DNA of 64,000 bases from Gammaproteobacteria bacterium (lineage in GTDB: Bacteria > Pseudomonadota > Gammaproteobacteria > Burkholderiales > Rhodocyclaceae). The first letter of the stretch is position 1; every line of letters starts with the position of its first letter. Shown here piece by piece: positions 10,001 through 18,680 of this stretch. The stretch spans positions 34,452 to 98,451 of the forward strand of contig JARFTX010000005.1 of assembly GCA_029289265.1 (NCBI GenBank), in the 5' to 3' direction. Under the pieces are notes generated by a model, which did no database searches, was not told where the DNA came from, and saw nothing but the letters and a program-made list of their open reading frames with translations. The translations under genes and the position numbers were made by a program.

Positions 10001-10636
10001 TCATTGCGCCAGCAGGTGGTGGCGGGACGCGTAGTTCAGCAGCTCGACCACGCTGCGCACGCCGAGCTTGTCGAAGATGCGGGCGCGATAGGTCGAGATG
10101 GTATTGCCCGACAGCGACAGCTGGGCGGCGATCTCCGACACCGAGCGGCCCTGCGCGAGCAGGTTGAAGACCTGGAACTCGCGGTCGGAGAGTGACTCGT
10201 GCGGCGGTTTCGCGTCATCCGCTCGCACGCTGCGCGCCAGCAGCTCGGCAATCGCCGGCGTGACGTGGACGCCGCCGCTCGCGACCTTGTGGATGGCCGC
10301 GAGCAGATCCTCGGGCGAGCAGCCCTTGTTCAGGTACGCCCCCGCCCCGCCCCGGATGGCCCGCACTGCGAACTGCGATTCGGGATAGACGGAGAGCATC
10401 ACCACGCCAATGCGCGGAAACTCGCAGCGCAGCGTCTTGAGCACGTCGAGCCCGTCGCGGTCGCCGAGCGCGATGTCGAGCAACACGACCCCGACCGGCT
10501 CGCGCCGCAGCTCGCGCAAGGCCTCCGGGCCGTCGCCCGCCTCGCGGATGGTGCCGATCCGGTCGGCACCGGCCAGGATCTGGGCGAGTCCACGCCGGAT
10601 GATCATGTGATCGTCGACGATCAGCAGGTCGATCAC
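10001..10636 (-). CDS. NarL/LuxR-family response regulator
   Basis: REC domain (LIVDDHMIIRRGL...VVLLDIALGDRDG) plus a C-terminal LuxR HTH (LSDREFQVFNLLAQGRSVSEIAAQLSLSGNTISTYRARIFDKLG). Confidence 0.92.
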   Translation of the reverse strand: MIDLLIVDDHMIIRRGLAQILAGADRIGTIREAGDGPEALRELRREPVGVVLLDIALGDRDGLDVLKTLRCEFPRIGVVMLSVYPESQFAVRAIRGGAGAYLNKGCSPEDLLAAIHKVASGGVHVTPAIAELLARSVRADDAKPPHESLSDREFQVFNLLAQGRSVSEIAAQLSLSGNTISTYRARIFDKLGVRSVVELLNYASRHHLLAQ

Positions 10637-11814
10637 CGTTTCATCCTCCGATGCGCGAGCACCCCCGGCAGATGCAGGCGAACGGTGGTGCCCTGGCCCG
10701 AGGTGCTGTCGAGCGTCAATTCGCCGCCGATCGAGCGCGCGCGCTCGTGCATGCCGAGCAGTCCGAAGCTGGTCGGCATGCCTGGGAGCCGCATGCCGCG
10801 CCCATCATCGACGATCTCGATGACGAGGTCGCGACCCACCGCCCGCACGCCGACCGTCACGCGGCCGGCATTGGCGTGGCGCTGCACGTTGGTGAGCGTC
10901 TCCTGCACGATGCGGTAGATCGCGATCTCGGCATCGCGCCCGAAGCGGTAGCGTTCGATCTCGTCCGGACACGCGAAGCTGCAGGCGAGGCTCGAACGCG
11001 TCTGGGTCTCTTGAAGCAAGGCCTCGATCGCCGCCCACAGGCCGAGATGATCGAGCACCCCCGGGCGCAGGTCGTTGAGGATGCGCCGCACCGCGCCGAT
11101 CGCCCCGTTGCCGATCCCGAGCGCCGCGTCGATGTGGCGCGTCGCGGTCTCGTCCGCCTCCAGGTGCCGACGCAGCCAGTTCAGCTCGAGCTGCATCGCG
11201 GCGAGCGAGGCACCCAGGTCGTCGTGAATGTCGCGCGCGATCTCGGCCCGCTCGCGCTCGCGCACCGCGTTGAGGTGCGCCGACAGGCGGCGCAGATTCT
11301 CGTGCGCCTCGTGCAGGCGGCGATTGGCCTCGGTGAGCTCCCGGGTCCGCGTCTCGACGCGGCGCTCCAGCTCGACGTGTGCGGCGTGCAGCGCGGCTTC
11401 CGTACGCTTGCGCTCGGTGATGTCGGAGAACGTGACGACCGCGCCGACCACGCCATCGCCGTCGCGGATCGGGTACGACGCGTACTCGGCCGGAAACGAA
11501 CTCCCGTCGCGCCGCCACAGCACCTCGTCCTCGACCCGGCACCCCTCACCCTGCTTGAAGGCCTTGAAGATGCGGCAGTCGTGCACCGGCATGAGTGCGC
11601 AGTCGGCATGCGAGTGATGGATCAGATAGTGCATGTTGCGCCCGAGCACCTCGTCGGGCGTGTAGCCGAGCAGCTGCGCCCCGGCGCCGTTGATGAAGAT
11701 GCAGCGACCGTTCAGGTCGATCCCGTAGATCCCCTCCCCGGCCGACTCCAGCAGCATCTCGAGTTGCCTGCGCCAGGCGGCGTGGTGCGAAAGGTGGTGG
11801 AGATGAGCGAACAT
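10633..11814 (-). CDS. PAS-domain sensor histidine kinase (HisKA_3/NarX-DegS type), cytoplasmic
   Basis: PAS region (GIYGIDLNGRCIFINGAGAQLLGYTPDEVLG), H-box ERAEIARDIHDDLG, and an HATPase_c domain with DDGRGM. 4-nt overlap with the regulator gene. The ATG at 11814 was chosen. Confidence 0.85.
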   Translation of the reverse strand: MFAHLHHLSHHAAWRRQLEMLLESAGEGIYGIDLNGRCIFINGAGAQLLGYTPDEVLGRNMHYLIHHSHADCALMPVHDCRIFKAFKQGEGCRVEDEVLWRRDGSSFPAEYASYPIRDGDGVVGAVVTFSDITERKRTEAALHAAHVELERRVETRTRELTEANRRLHEAHENLRRLSAHLNAVRERERAEIARDIHDDLGASLAAMQLELNWLRRHLEADETATRHIDAALGIGNGAIGAVRRILNDLRPGVLDHLGLWAAIEALLQETQTRSSLACSFACPDEIERYRFGRDAEIAIYRIVQETLTNVQRHANAGRVTVGVRAVGRDLVIEIVDDGRGMRLPGMPTSFGLLGMHERARSIGGELTLDSTSGQGTTVRLHLPGVLAHRRMKR

Positions 11815-12131
11815 GCGGGATCGGATCGCGGTGGCGTCCCGCAGGACAGTGCAAGATCGATGCCCGGCCGGCAAAACCGCCACCGGTCGGCGGCGAAACA
11901 CGTGCCCGGACCGAGCCGTGCACCGTTCCGGTGCAGCCAGGCGGCGCCGACGCAAATCGTGGTGCGCACGACGCCGCTCGACCGCCGTGGTCTTTCGGCT
12001 TCGAGCTCGACCACCACGTTGCCCCTGCAGGCGCTGTCAGGCGACGCGATGAATCGCCCGCTCGCGACACGGAGAATCAACTGCCCTCGTTGGCAAGGAG
12101 GCGATCGCCGCGGCGCTGCCCCGATGTCGCG

Positions 12132-12653
12132 TCAACCACCGCCACACTCCGCAGAAATCCACCGCGCATCGGTTTCGACCTGCAGGTCGCCGCGGGGTGA
12201 CGTCATGTTCACGCGTGTTGTGAAGCGCTCTGGACTGGCGACCCGCGCGTCGAACTCACCGTTCGCCTCCGGATCGGTGCAGCGGAACGTGCCGCTCACG
12301 GCGTTTCCCACCTTGACGACGTTGCCAAACCGGCAGTTTCCCTCGACGCGGCCGGAGTAGATGTTGTCCTGCTTCGCTTGCTCGGGCGTGATGCAACTGC
12401 GCACGGTGCCATCCTGACCCAGGGTCACGCCCCGCGCCGCCATCTCCTGCTCGATCAGGCGCTGGGTGTCTTGCGGCAGCGTCCTCAGCAACAGCTGCGC
12501 CTGCCCCATCTGCGAAGCCATGTCGGGCAAGCCGGCAACCCGCAATTGGGTGGAGCGAAACTCCCACAGCCCCGGCCGGATGTCGGTCGCGTGTGCCGAG
12601 CCGATCAGGCACGGCGCCAAAATACCGACGCACAGCAATGCGAGTCTTCTCAT
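12132..12653 (-). CDS. DUF3617-like secreted protein
   Basis: Signal peptide MRRLALLCVGILAPCLIGSAHA followed by IRPGLWEF, the typical DUF3617 opening. About 173 aa. Confidence 0.7.
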   Translation of the reverse strand: MRRLALLCVGILAPCLIGSAHATDIRPGLWEFRSTQLRVAGLPDMASQMGQAQLLLRTLPQDTQRLIEQEMAARGVTLGQDGTVRSCITPEQAKQDNIYSGRVEGNCRFGNVVKVGNAVSGTFRCTDPEANGEFDARVASPERFTTRVNMTSPRGDLQVETDARWISAECGGG

Positions 12654-12828
12654 GGGCGGGATCTCACGATTCGTGGGGGCCTTAATCTTGCCACGCGCGG
12701 CGCTCGAAGAACATGCCGCCCCCTCCCGCCGAGCCGGCCTCCATGAATCTCCTCGGGCAGCACCCAGACACAGGCGACGTGACCGGCCATACGATCGGCC
12801 AAATTGCCGGCCAATATTGCCGCATAGA

Positions 12829-12856
12829 TTGACATTTACCTTACATGTCGCATACT
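12829..12856 (+). promoter_or_regulatory. candidate sigma-70 promoter for the fic gene
   Basis: Perfect -35 TTGACA (12829-12834), 16-nt spacer, -10 CATACT (12851-12856), in an AT-enriched stretch 36 nt before the fic ATG. Confidence 0.4.
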
Positions 12857-12891
12857 TATCGAACACATCTCAACAGCGTCCAACCGGCCAA

Positions 12892-14109
12892 ATGAGCGTT
12901 AAGGGCGAGACGATTTCAAGCTACACCGAGCCGCACCAGTTCGAGCCGCTGCTCCCCCAGAGGGACCTGGCGGCGCTGGCGGCTCGCACGCGACCGGTGG
13001 TGGAGCAGGCGCTGGAGTTGCGCAAGGCCCTGAGCCCAGGCGCGCTTGCATCGCTTCGTGAGCTCGTGCGGGCGATGAACTCCTACTACTCGAACACCAT
13101 CGAGGGCCAGGGCACGCATCCGGCCAACATCGCCCGTGCACTGCGCGCGGAGTTCTCCGACCGACCGGACGTGGCCCAGCGGCAACGCATCGCGCTCGCG
13201 CACATCGCCGCCGAGCGCGAACTGGAACGGCGTATCGCGGCCGAAGGGCTCCAGGAAGGGGCAGTCCTGTCGTCGGACTTCCTCCTTGCGGCCCATCGCA
13301 GCCTTTACGGTCAACTCGCGGAGGCCGACCGCAGGACCGAAGACGGCCATGTCGTGATCCCGGGGGAGTTGCGTAGCGAGGACGTCGCGGTGGGCCGCCA
13401 TCAGCCGCCCGCACATGCCGCACTACCGCGCTTTCTCGCTCGCATGGACGAGGTGTACGCGTCCGTACAGGGTCTCGACCCTGTCCTGTGCACCATCGCG
13501 GCGGCCCACCATCGGGCCGCCTGGGTCCATCCGTTCCGCGACGGCAACGGCCGCGCCTGCCGCTTGCAGACCCACTGCGCGCTCTACCCCCTGAGCCAAG
13601 GCCTCTGGTCGGTCAACCGCGGACTTGCACGCGATCGTGAGCGCTACTACGCGATGCTCGACAACGCGGACATGGCCCGGCAGGACGATCTCGATGGCCG
13701 TGGCAACCTGAGCGAACGGGCGCTGCGGGAGTGGTGCGAGTACTTCATCGATGTGTGCGCCGACCAGGTGCGCTACCTCGCGCAGATGTTCGAACTGGAG
13801 GGCTTGAAGGGACGCATCGCAGATCTCGTGCACTTGCGCGGACGCAAGAACAAGGCGTACCACGAGTCGCTCGCAATGCCCCTCTACGTCACCGCGACCG
13901 TCGGGCCGCTGACCCGCGGAGAGTTCCAGCGCATGACCGGCATGCCCGAGCGCACCGCCCGGCGCGCACTCGGCCAGCTCCTGAAGGACGAGCTCCTGGC
14001 GAGTGAGTCCGACAAGGCGCCGGTGTCGTTCAACTTCCCGCTGGATGCCCTGAACATTCTGCTCCCGAACCTGTATCCGGAGGCAGCCGCGACGAACTGG
14101 GAGTTCTGA
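12892..14109 (+). CDS. Fic-family protein (class II, self-inhibited AMPylase type) with C-terminal winged-helix-like region
   Basis: Canonical Fic motif HPFRDGNGRACR. The N-terminal inhibitory motif SNTIEG matches [ST]xxxE[GN]. ATG at 12892; the upstream part of the 12466 ORF was rejected. Confidence 0.9.
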   Translation: MSVKGETISSYTEPHQFEPLLPQRDLAALAARTRPVVEQALELRKALSPGALASLRELVRAMNSYYSNTIEGQGTHPANIARALRAEFSDRPDVAQRQRIALAHIAAERELERRIAAEGLQEGAVLSSDFLLAAHRSLYGQLAEADRRTEDGHVVIPGELRSEDVAVGRHQPPAHAALPRFLARMDEVYASVQGLDPVLCTIAAAHHRAAWVHPFRDGNGRACRLQTHCALYPLSQGLWSVNRGLARDRERYYAMLDNADMARQDDLDGRGNLSERALREWCEYFIDVCADQVRYLAQMFELEGLKGRIADLVHLRGRKNKAYHESLAMPLYVTATVGPLTRGEFQRMTGMPERTARRALGQLLKDELLASESDKAPVSFNFPLDALNILLPNLYPEAAATNWEF

Positions 14110-14123
14110 GAGAGGAGGTCTTC

Positions 14124-14537
14124 GTGAAGCGGCTTGTTCGGGAGATGGCACTAGAGCGGATGCTTGGCGACGTGGCTCGCCAGGGATTCGCCCGTGTCGA
14201 TCCCAAGCTGCTACGGGTGGTCGCTGAACGTCTCTGGTACACCGGTGAAGTCCCCAACTTGGCCAAGGTGCGGGCCGCACTCCGGCCTGACGCCGGCTAC
14301 CTGGTCGACAGGCTTGCCCGTTTCAACGTTCTGCCGAAGGAGCGAAAGCTAAGGCTGCTCTCTGCGATTCGCCCGTTCCAGCCAGCGTCACCTGCACACA
14401 ATGCTGCGGCCGCCGGTCGCAAGGACCCTCTGGCTGTAGCATGGGGCGCCTCGATGGACCTGACCAGCCGCCTAGGCGAGCTCATGCCGTACCAGACTCG
14501 GCAGTACGCCGCGGACAAGGCCAAAGTGGCCGCCTGA
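14124..14537 (+). CDS. hypothetical protein, 137 aa, coupled to fic
   Basis: GTG start preceded by a strong GAGGAGG 7 nt upstream and 14 nt after the fic stop. No family recognised with confidence; the N-terminal half weakly resembles KfrA-type DNA-binding N-domains. Confidence 0.55.
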   Translation: MKRLVREMALERMLGDVARQGFARVDPKLLRVVAERLWYTGEVPNLAKVRAALRPDAGYLVDRLARFNVLPKERKLRLLSAIRPFQPASPAHNAAAAGRKDPLAVAWGASMDLTSRLGELMPYQTRQYAADKAKVAA

Positions 14538-14632
14538 CCGGGTTGGCCGATTTGATCAACACGAAATTTCATCGACAACGGAGCCTAAGGGTTCCGTTTT
14601 CTATTGGTGCTCCCTGCCGGGCGTACAAATAG

Positions 14633-14655
14633 AAAACCGCCTAAGCGGCGGTTTT
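14633..14655. terminator. bidirectional rho-independent terminator hairpin
   Basis: AAAACCGCC-taagc-GGCGGTTTT, a perfect 9-bp stem flanked by an A-tract and a T-tract, between the hypothetical ORF and the 3' end of tRNA-Pro. Confidence 0.7.
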
Positions 14656-14669
14656 ATAAAGATTTCTTG

Positions 14670-14746
14670 TGGTCGGGGAAAGAGGATTCGAACCTCCGGC
14701 CCCTGCGTCCCGAACGCAGTGCTCTACCAGGCTGAGCTATTCCCCG
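14670..14746 (-). tRNA. tRNA-Pro (anticodon CGG)
   Basis: Reverse complement CGGGGAATAGCTCAGCCTGGTAGAGCACTGCGTTCGGGACGCAGGGGCCGGAGGTTCGAATCCTCTTTCCCCGACCA folds as a 77-nt cloverleaf. Anticodon loop UUCGGGA; encoded CCA. Confidence 0.92.
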
Positions 14747-14759
14747 ACGTTTCCTGCGG

Positions 14760-15794
14760 TCAGTGGTTTCTCTCGACCGCGAAGGACGCTAATTCTAGCA
14801 GCGCGTTTTTGAAAATGGAAGGCGGGATCGATTCCAATGCGCTGATCGCGAGTTGTGCTTCGGCGCGGGCGCTGGCGCGGGCTTCGGCGAGTGCGCCGGT
14901 CTGCTCGATGGCTTCGAGGATGGCCGGGAAATCGTCGCGGCCGCCGGTCTCGATCGCCTTGCGGACGAACTCGGCCTGCTCGGGGTTGCCGCGCTGCATT
15001 GCAAAGATGAGCGGCAGCGTCGGTTTGCCTTCGGCCAGGTCGTCGCCGACGTGCTTGCCGGTGGCGGCTTCCTCCGACGAGTAGTCGAGCACGTCGTCGA
15101 TGATCTGGAAGGCGGTGCCGAGGTGCATGCCATAGGCGGTGAGCCCCTGCTCCTGCGCCTCGCCGACATTGCCGAGGATGGCGCCGAGCTGGGTGGCGGC
15201 CTCGAACAGCTTGGCGGTCTTGAAGCGGATCACGCGCAGGTAGTCGTCAATACCGACGTCGGCGTTGTGGCAGTTGAGCAACTGCAGCACCTCGCCCTCG
15301 GCGATGATGTTGGTCGCATCGGCGAGCACCCGCATCACGCGCATGTCGTCGACGCCGACCATCATCTGGAACGCTCGCGAGTAGAGGAAGTCGCCGACCA
15401 GCACCGAGGCGGCATTGCCGAACAGCGCGTTGGCGGTCTTGTTGCCGCGGCGCAGTTCGGATTCGTCGACGACGTCGTCGTGCAGCAGGGTCGCGGTGTG
15501 GATGAACTCGACCACGGCCGCCAGTTCGTGATGATGCGTGCCCCGGTAGCCGCAGGCGCCGGCCGACAGCAGCACCAGCGCCGGGCGCAGGCGCTTGCCG
15601 CCGCTGTGGATGATGTACTCGGCGACCTGCCGGATCAGCACGACATCGGAATGCAGGCTGCGGCGGATCACCGCGTCGACCGCCTGCATGTCGGCGGCGA
15701 TCGGCGCGAAAAGCTGCTGGGTGGACAAGGCTGCGCGACTCACGGAAAAAGGGCGATGGTAGAAGGCCGACACCCCACCGTCAAGGACGGCCAC
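14760..15794 (-). CDS. ispB: octaprenyl-diphosphate synthase
   Basis: Polyprenyl synthase motifs LLHDDVVDESELRRG and FQIIDDVLDY. Both candidate starts are GTG (15794 or 15743), so the start is uncertain. Confidence 0.9.
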   Translation of the reverse strand: MAVLDGGVSAFYHRPFSVSRAALSTQQLFAPIAADMQAVDAVIRRSLHSDVVLIRQVAEYIIHSGGKRLRPALVLLSAGACGYRGTHHHELAAVVEFIHTATLLHDDVVDESELRRGNKTANALFGNAASVLVGDFLYSRAFQMMVGVDDMRVMRVLADATNIIAEGEVLQLLNCHNADVGIDDYLRVIRFKTAKLFEAATQLGAILGNVGEAQEQGLTAYGMHLGTAFQIIDDVLDYSSEEAATGKHVGDDLAEGKPTLPLIFAMQRGNPEQAEFVRKAIETGGRDDFPAILEAIEQTGALAEARASARAEAQLAISALESIPPSIFKNALLELASFAVERNH

Positions 15795-15918
15795 GCGACG
15801 GTTTCACGACGGCTGCGGGATGTCTTGAACGACAGCCCAGACGCTGAGAATGCCCGCGCGCGCGTCGACGCACGGGTGGTGAAGCCCAACAGCGTCCCCC
15901 GACTTGCCGGCTGCAACC

Positions 15919-16656
15919 TCATGCCGGGGCCCGGACGAAATCTGGCCGGTCGGTGATCACGCAGTCGACGCCGGCATCGAGCAGGTTTGCCGCCCGTACC
16001 GGATCGTTCTCGGTATAGACCACCAGCCACAGACCCGCTTCGCGGATCGCTGCGATTTCCCGAGTGCCGAGATGGCGACAGTTGACGTGGAGGGCGACGG
16101 CACCCAGACGCTCGCAGCGCGCACGCCAGTCGCGAGGAACGCGCCCGACGAGCAGACCGCGCGGCAAGTGCGGCGCCGCCTCGGCGGCCGCGGCCAGGGC
16201 GATCTCGGAGAAGGAAGAAAGCAGCGGCGGACATTCCGCTCTGGACCAAAGGCGGGCTGCTTCCTCAGCGACGGCCCGGCCGGTTTCCGCCTCGTAGCCT
16301 TGCGACGGTTTGATCTCGACGTTGGCGTGCAGCCCCAGTTCGATGCAGCGAAGCGCCGCTGCATCGAAGCGCGGTACGCGCTCGCCGGCGAAACGCTCGC
16401 CCTTGCGCACACCCGCGTCCAAGGAGAAGATCACTTCATCGGGCGTCTGGGCGACGCGCCCGCGGCCGTCGGTCGTGCGATCGAGCGTTTCATCGTGAAT
16501 CAGGACGGGCGTGCCACTGCCGCTCAACATGACATCGAACTCGATGCCACCGCAGCCGACCGCAGCGGCGGCATCGAGTCCGGCGAGCGTGTTCTCCGGA
16601 GCCAGCCGCCCGCCGCAGCGGTGCGCGAGCACACGCGCGTAGGGCCAGCCCCGCAT
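15919..16656 (-). CDS. ugpQ: glycerophosphodiester phosphodiesterase
   Basis: MRGWPYARVLAHRCGGRLAPENTLAGLDAAAAVGCGGIEFDVMLSGSGTPVLIHDETLDRTT is the GDPD signature. ATG at 16656; the longer track ORF N-terminus is a Pro/Arg shadow of the neighbouring repeat. Confidence 0.85.
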   Translation of the reverse strand: MRGWPYARVLAHRCGGRLAPENTLAGLDAAAAVGCGGIEFDVMLSGSGTPVLIHDETLDRTTDGRGRVAQTPDEVIFSLDAGVRKGERFAGERVPRFDAAALRCIELGLHANVEIKPSQGYEAETGRAVAEEAARLWSRAECPPLLSSFSEIALAAAAEAAPHLPRGLLVGRVPRDWRARCERLGAVALHVNCRHLGTREIAAIREAGLWLVVYTENDPVRAANLLDAGVDCVITDRPDFVRAPA

Positions 16657-16663
16657 CGCGGGC

Positions 16664-18106
16664 TCAGTTTCTCTTGGCGGGCGGCGTCGGGGCCTTGGCG
16701 GCGGGTGCCGGCGCCTTGGCGGCGGGTGCCGGCGCCTTGGCGGCCGGCGCAGGAGGCTTTGCGGCCTGCGTCCCTGCCCTGGGCGGCGCGGCTGCTGGGG
16801 CCGGCGCAGCCGGGGGCTGGGCCCGCAGGACGGCATCGTCGAGCGCCTGTTTGGCCGGCTTGGCATCCGACCACACGCCCTTGAGCTCCTCGTCCAGGAT
16901 GGCGAGGATGCGCGCGTCTCCGGTCAGCAGCGACGCGCTGGAATTCGGTGTCGGCACCTTGTTGGTGAGCTGCGCGACCGCCACCCGGACGTTCTCCAGG
17001 TCGTCGCCCAGGATCTCGCTTTCGGCGGCCAGTAGACCGGCGCGATTGAGCGGCAGGTAGCCGGTGGCACGCTGCCAGGCGACCTGGTTCTCCGGCTGCA
17101 GGAAGAACTCGACGAAGCGCGCGACCGCCTTGTAATCAGCCGGCCTCTTGCCCGCAGCGACCCACAGCGCGGCGCCGTCGGCCAGCGTGTTCTGCGGTGC
17201 GCCCGGGACGTCGTCGTGGTACGGCAGGGGCGCGATGCCGAGTTCGAAGCGGCCCGCGCGGCGGAAATTCGCCCAACTCGAGGACGGCGCGGCGATCAGC
17301 GCGCATTCACCCGCGGCAAAGCGCTGCTCGGCTTCGCGCTCGCTGTCGAAAATGCGCAGATAGTTGGCGCGATGCCAGCTCGCCATCATCGCCACGTGCT
17401 TGACCTGCAACATGCCGTTGAAGCGGGGTGTCTCCGGTCCGCGCTGCGGCTTCTGGGCGACCGGCTGGTTGTGCCAGGCGCTGACGTTCTCGATCATGAC
17501 CCGGCCAGGCTGGGCAACCGTATACGGGCAGGTCGCCCCCTTGTCGATCAGATCCCCCAGCGTCTCCTGAAGCTGCAGCCAGGTCGTGATCGGGCGGTCG
17601 GGATCGAGTCCCGAGGCACGCATCGCCGAGCGATTGACGAACAGCACCGGCGTGGACATGCCCACCGGAAGGGCGACCAGCCGGCCCTGTGCGTCGACCT
17701 TGTGCCGGCTCACGACCGCGGGCGGCTTGACTGTCCTGAGCGGCACGCCGGCCTCGCGCATCGTCGTGTGCAGCGGCTTGAAGCGCGGCGCTCCGGCGGC
17801 GAGGAAGCGGGCGGTGTCCTGACCCTCCAGGATCAGCATGTGCGGCAGATCGGTTTCGCTCCAATCACCCTTGACCAGCGCGACACGCACATCTCGAGCG
17901 CTCTCGTTGAAACGCTCGGCGAGCGCCTGCAGCGCGTCCGCGCGTTCGGCATCGAGCTTGTGAACCAGCTTCACCTCGCGCGGCGCGGGAGGCGCCTTGG
18001 CTTCTGCAGGTTGGCGCGCGGCAGCCGTGCCCCCCGCCAACAGGGCGATCACGGCGCCCGTCAAGACTGTGTAACGGAATAACGACGCAACGGCTGGTTT
18101 GCTCAT
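16664..18106 (-). CDS. UgpB-like family-1 extracellular solute-binding protein with C-terminal Ala/Pro/Lys repeat tail
   Basis: Signal peptide MSKPAVASLFRYTVLTGAVIALLAGGTAAA, a solute-binding-protein family 1 body, and the tail PAPAAAPPRAGTQAAKPPAPAAKAPAPAAKAPAPAAKAPTPPAKRN. Confidence 0.8.
   Translation of the reverse strand: MSKPAVASLFRYTVLTGAVIALLAGGTAAARQPAEAKAPPAPREVKLVHKLDAERADALQALAERFNESARDVRVALVKGDWSETDLPHMLILEGQDTARFLAAGAPRFKPLHTTMREAGVPLRTVKPPAVVSRHKVDAQGRLVALPVGMSTPVLFVNRSAMRASGLDPDRPITTWLQLQETLGDLIDKGATCPYTVAQPGRVMIENVSAWHNQPVAQKPQRGPETPRFNGMLQVKHVAMMASWHRANYLRIFDSEREAEQRFAAGECALIAAPSSSWANFRRAGRFELGIAPLPYHDDVPGAPQNTLADGAALWVAAGKRPADYKAVARFVEFFLQPENQVAWQRATGYLPLNRAGLLAAESEILGDDLENVRVAVAQLTNKVPTPNSSASLLTGDARILAILDEELKGVWSDAKPAKQALDDAVLRAQPPAAPAPAAAPPRAGTQAAKPPAPAAKAPAPAAKAPAPAAKAPTPPAKRN
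16692..16754. repeat. 21-bp tandem repeat, about 3 copies, in-frame within the binding-protein gene
   Basis: GCCTTGGCGGCGGGTGCCGGC occurs at 16692-16712 and 16713-16733, with a degenerate third copy. It encodes the AKAPAPA repeats on the minus strand. Confidence 0.85.
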
Positions 18107-18297
18107 GTTCGCGACGACCACATCTTCTCATACGACCGGATGGCCCGGACCCGCAGGCGGCCAACCTCGCCGCGCGCTGCGCAGCGCAATCATATACTCT
18201 TGGCAGCCGAGCGGAACGTCGCAAATGTAAAGGTCAAGATTGCGCAAATCCGGCCGATATCCTGGGTAATCGCCCGACCTATTCGATCGCCTGCCCC

Positions 18298-18642
18298 ATG
18301 TCCGCCAAACCCCTTCTCGCCCTCGCTCTCGCGACCTCGCTGCTGGCCGGATGCGGGCCGCTCTACGAATTGCTCGACGTCCCCGACCCCAAGAAACAGG
18401 CCGAAGCGGCCGAAGCCGAAGGACGCGCCATCGGCAGCGCCTGCCGGCATGCCGGCCGCTCGCTCGAGGACTGCTACCTGCTCAACGCGGGGGCGCAGAA
18501 GGCGGCGATCTTCAGCGGCTGGAAGGAGATGAACGACTACATGCTGCAGAACGACATGCAGGTCGTGCCCTCCCGCATCCCGCAGCCCGGCGAGCCCTTC
18601 CTGCGCCCGCAGCCGACGGCCGAAGCCACGACCGGCTCGTAG
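18298..18642 (+). CDS. hypothetical lipoprotein
   Basis: Lipobox LLAGC in MSAKPLLALALATSLLAGCGP. 114 aa; no family recognised. Confidence 0.6.
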   Translation: MSAKPLLALALATSLLAGCGPLYELLDVPDPKKQAEAAEAEGRAIGSACRHAGRSLEDCYLLNAGAQKAAIFSGWKEMNDYMLQNDMQVVPSRIPQPGEPFLRPQPTAEATTGS

Positions 18643-18680
18643 CCCGGGCGAGCGCGTCACTGCGCTCGGACCAGCGCCGC

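Noticed and set aside
12654-14669. Integrated genomic island at tRNA-Pro
   Set aside because: There is no integrase or excisionase, no copy of the tRNA 3' end found as a direct repeat, and the GC content of the coding parts is similar to the flanks. It is kept only as a weak 'islet' hypothesis in the findings.
16692-16754. Possible CRISPR-like or intergenic repeat array
   Set aside because: It is a contiguous 21-bp in-frame tandem repeat without spacers, inside a coding region, encoding the AKAPAPA units.
16657-16866. 70-codon Pro/Arg-rich N-terminal extension of the ugpQ ORF (PRRRHPPPRRRHPPP)
   Set aside because: It is the alternative reading frame of the 21-bp repeat inside the neighbouring gene. 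The GDPD homology starts at the ATG at 16656.
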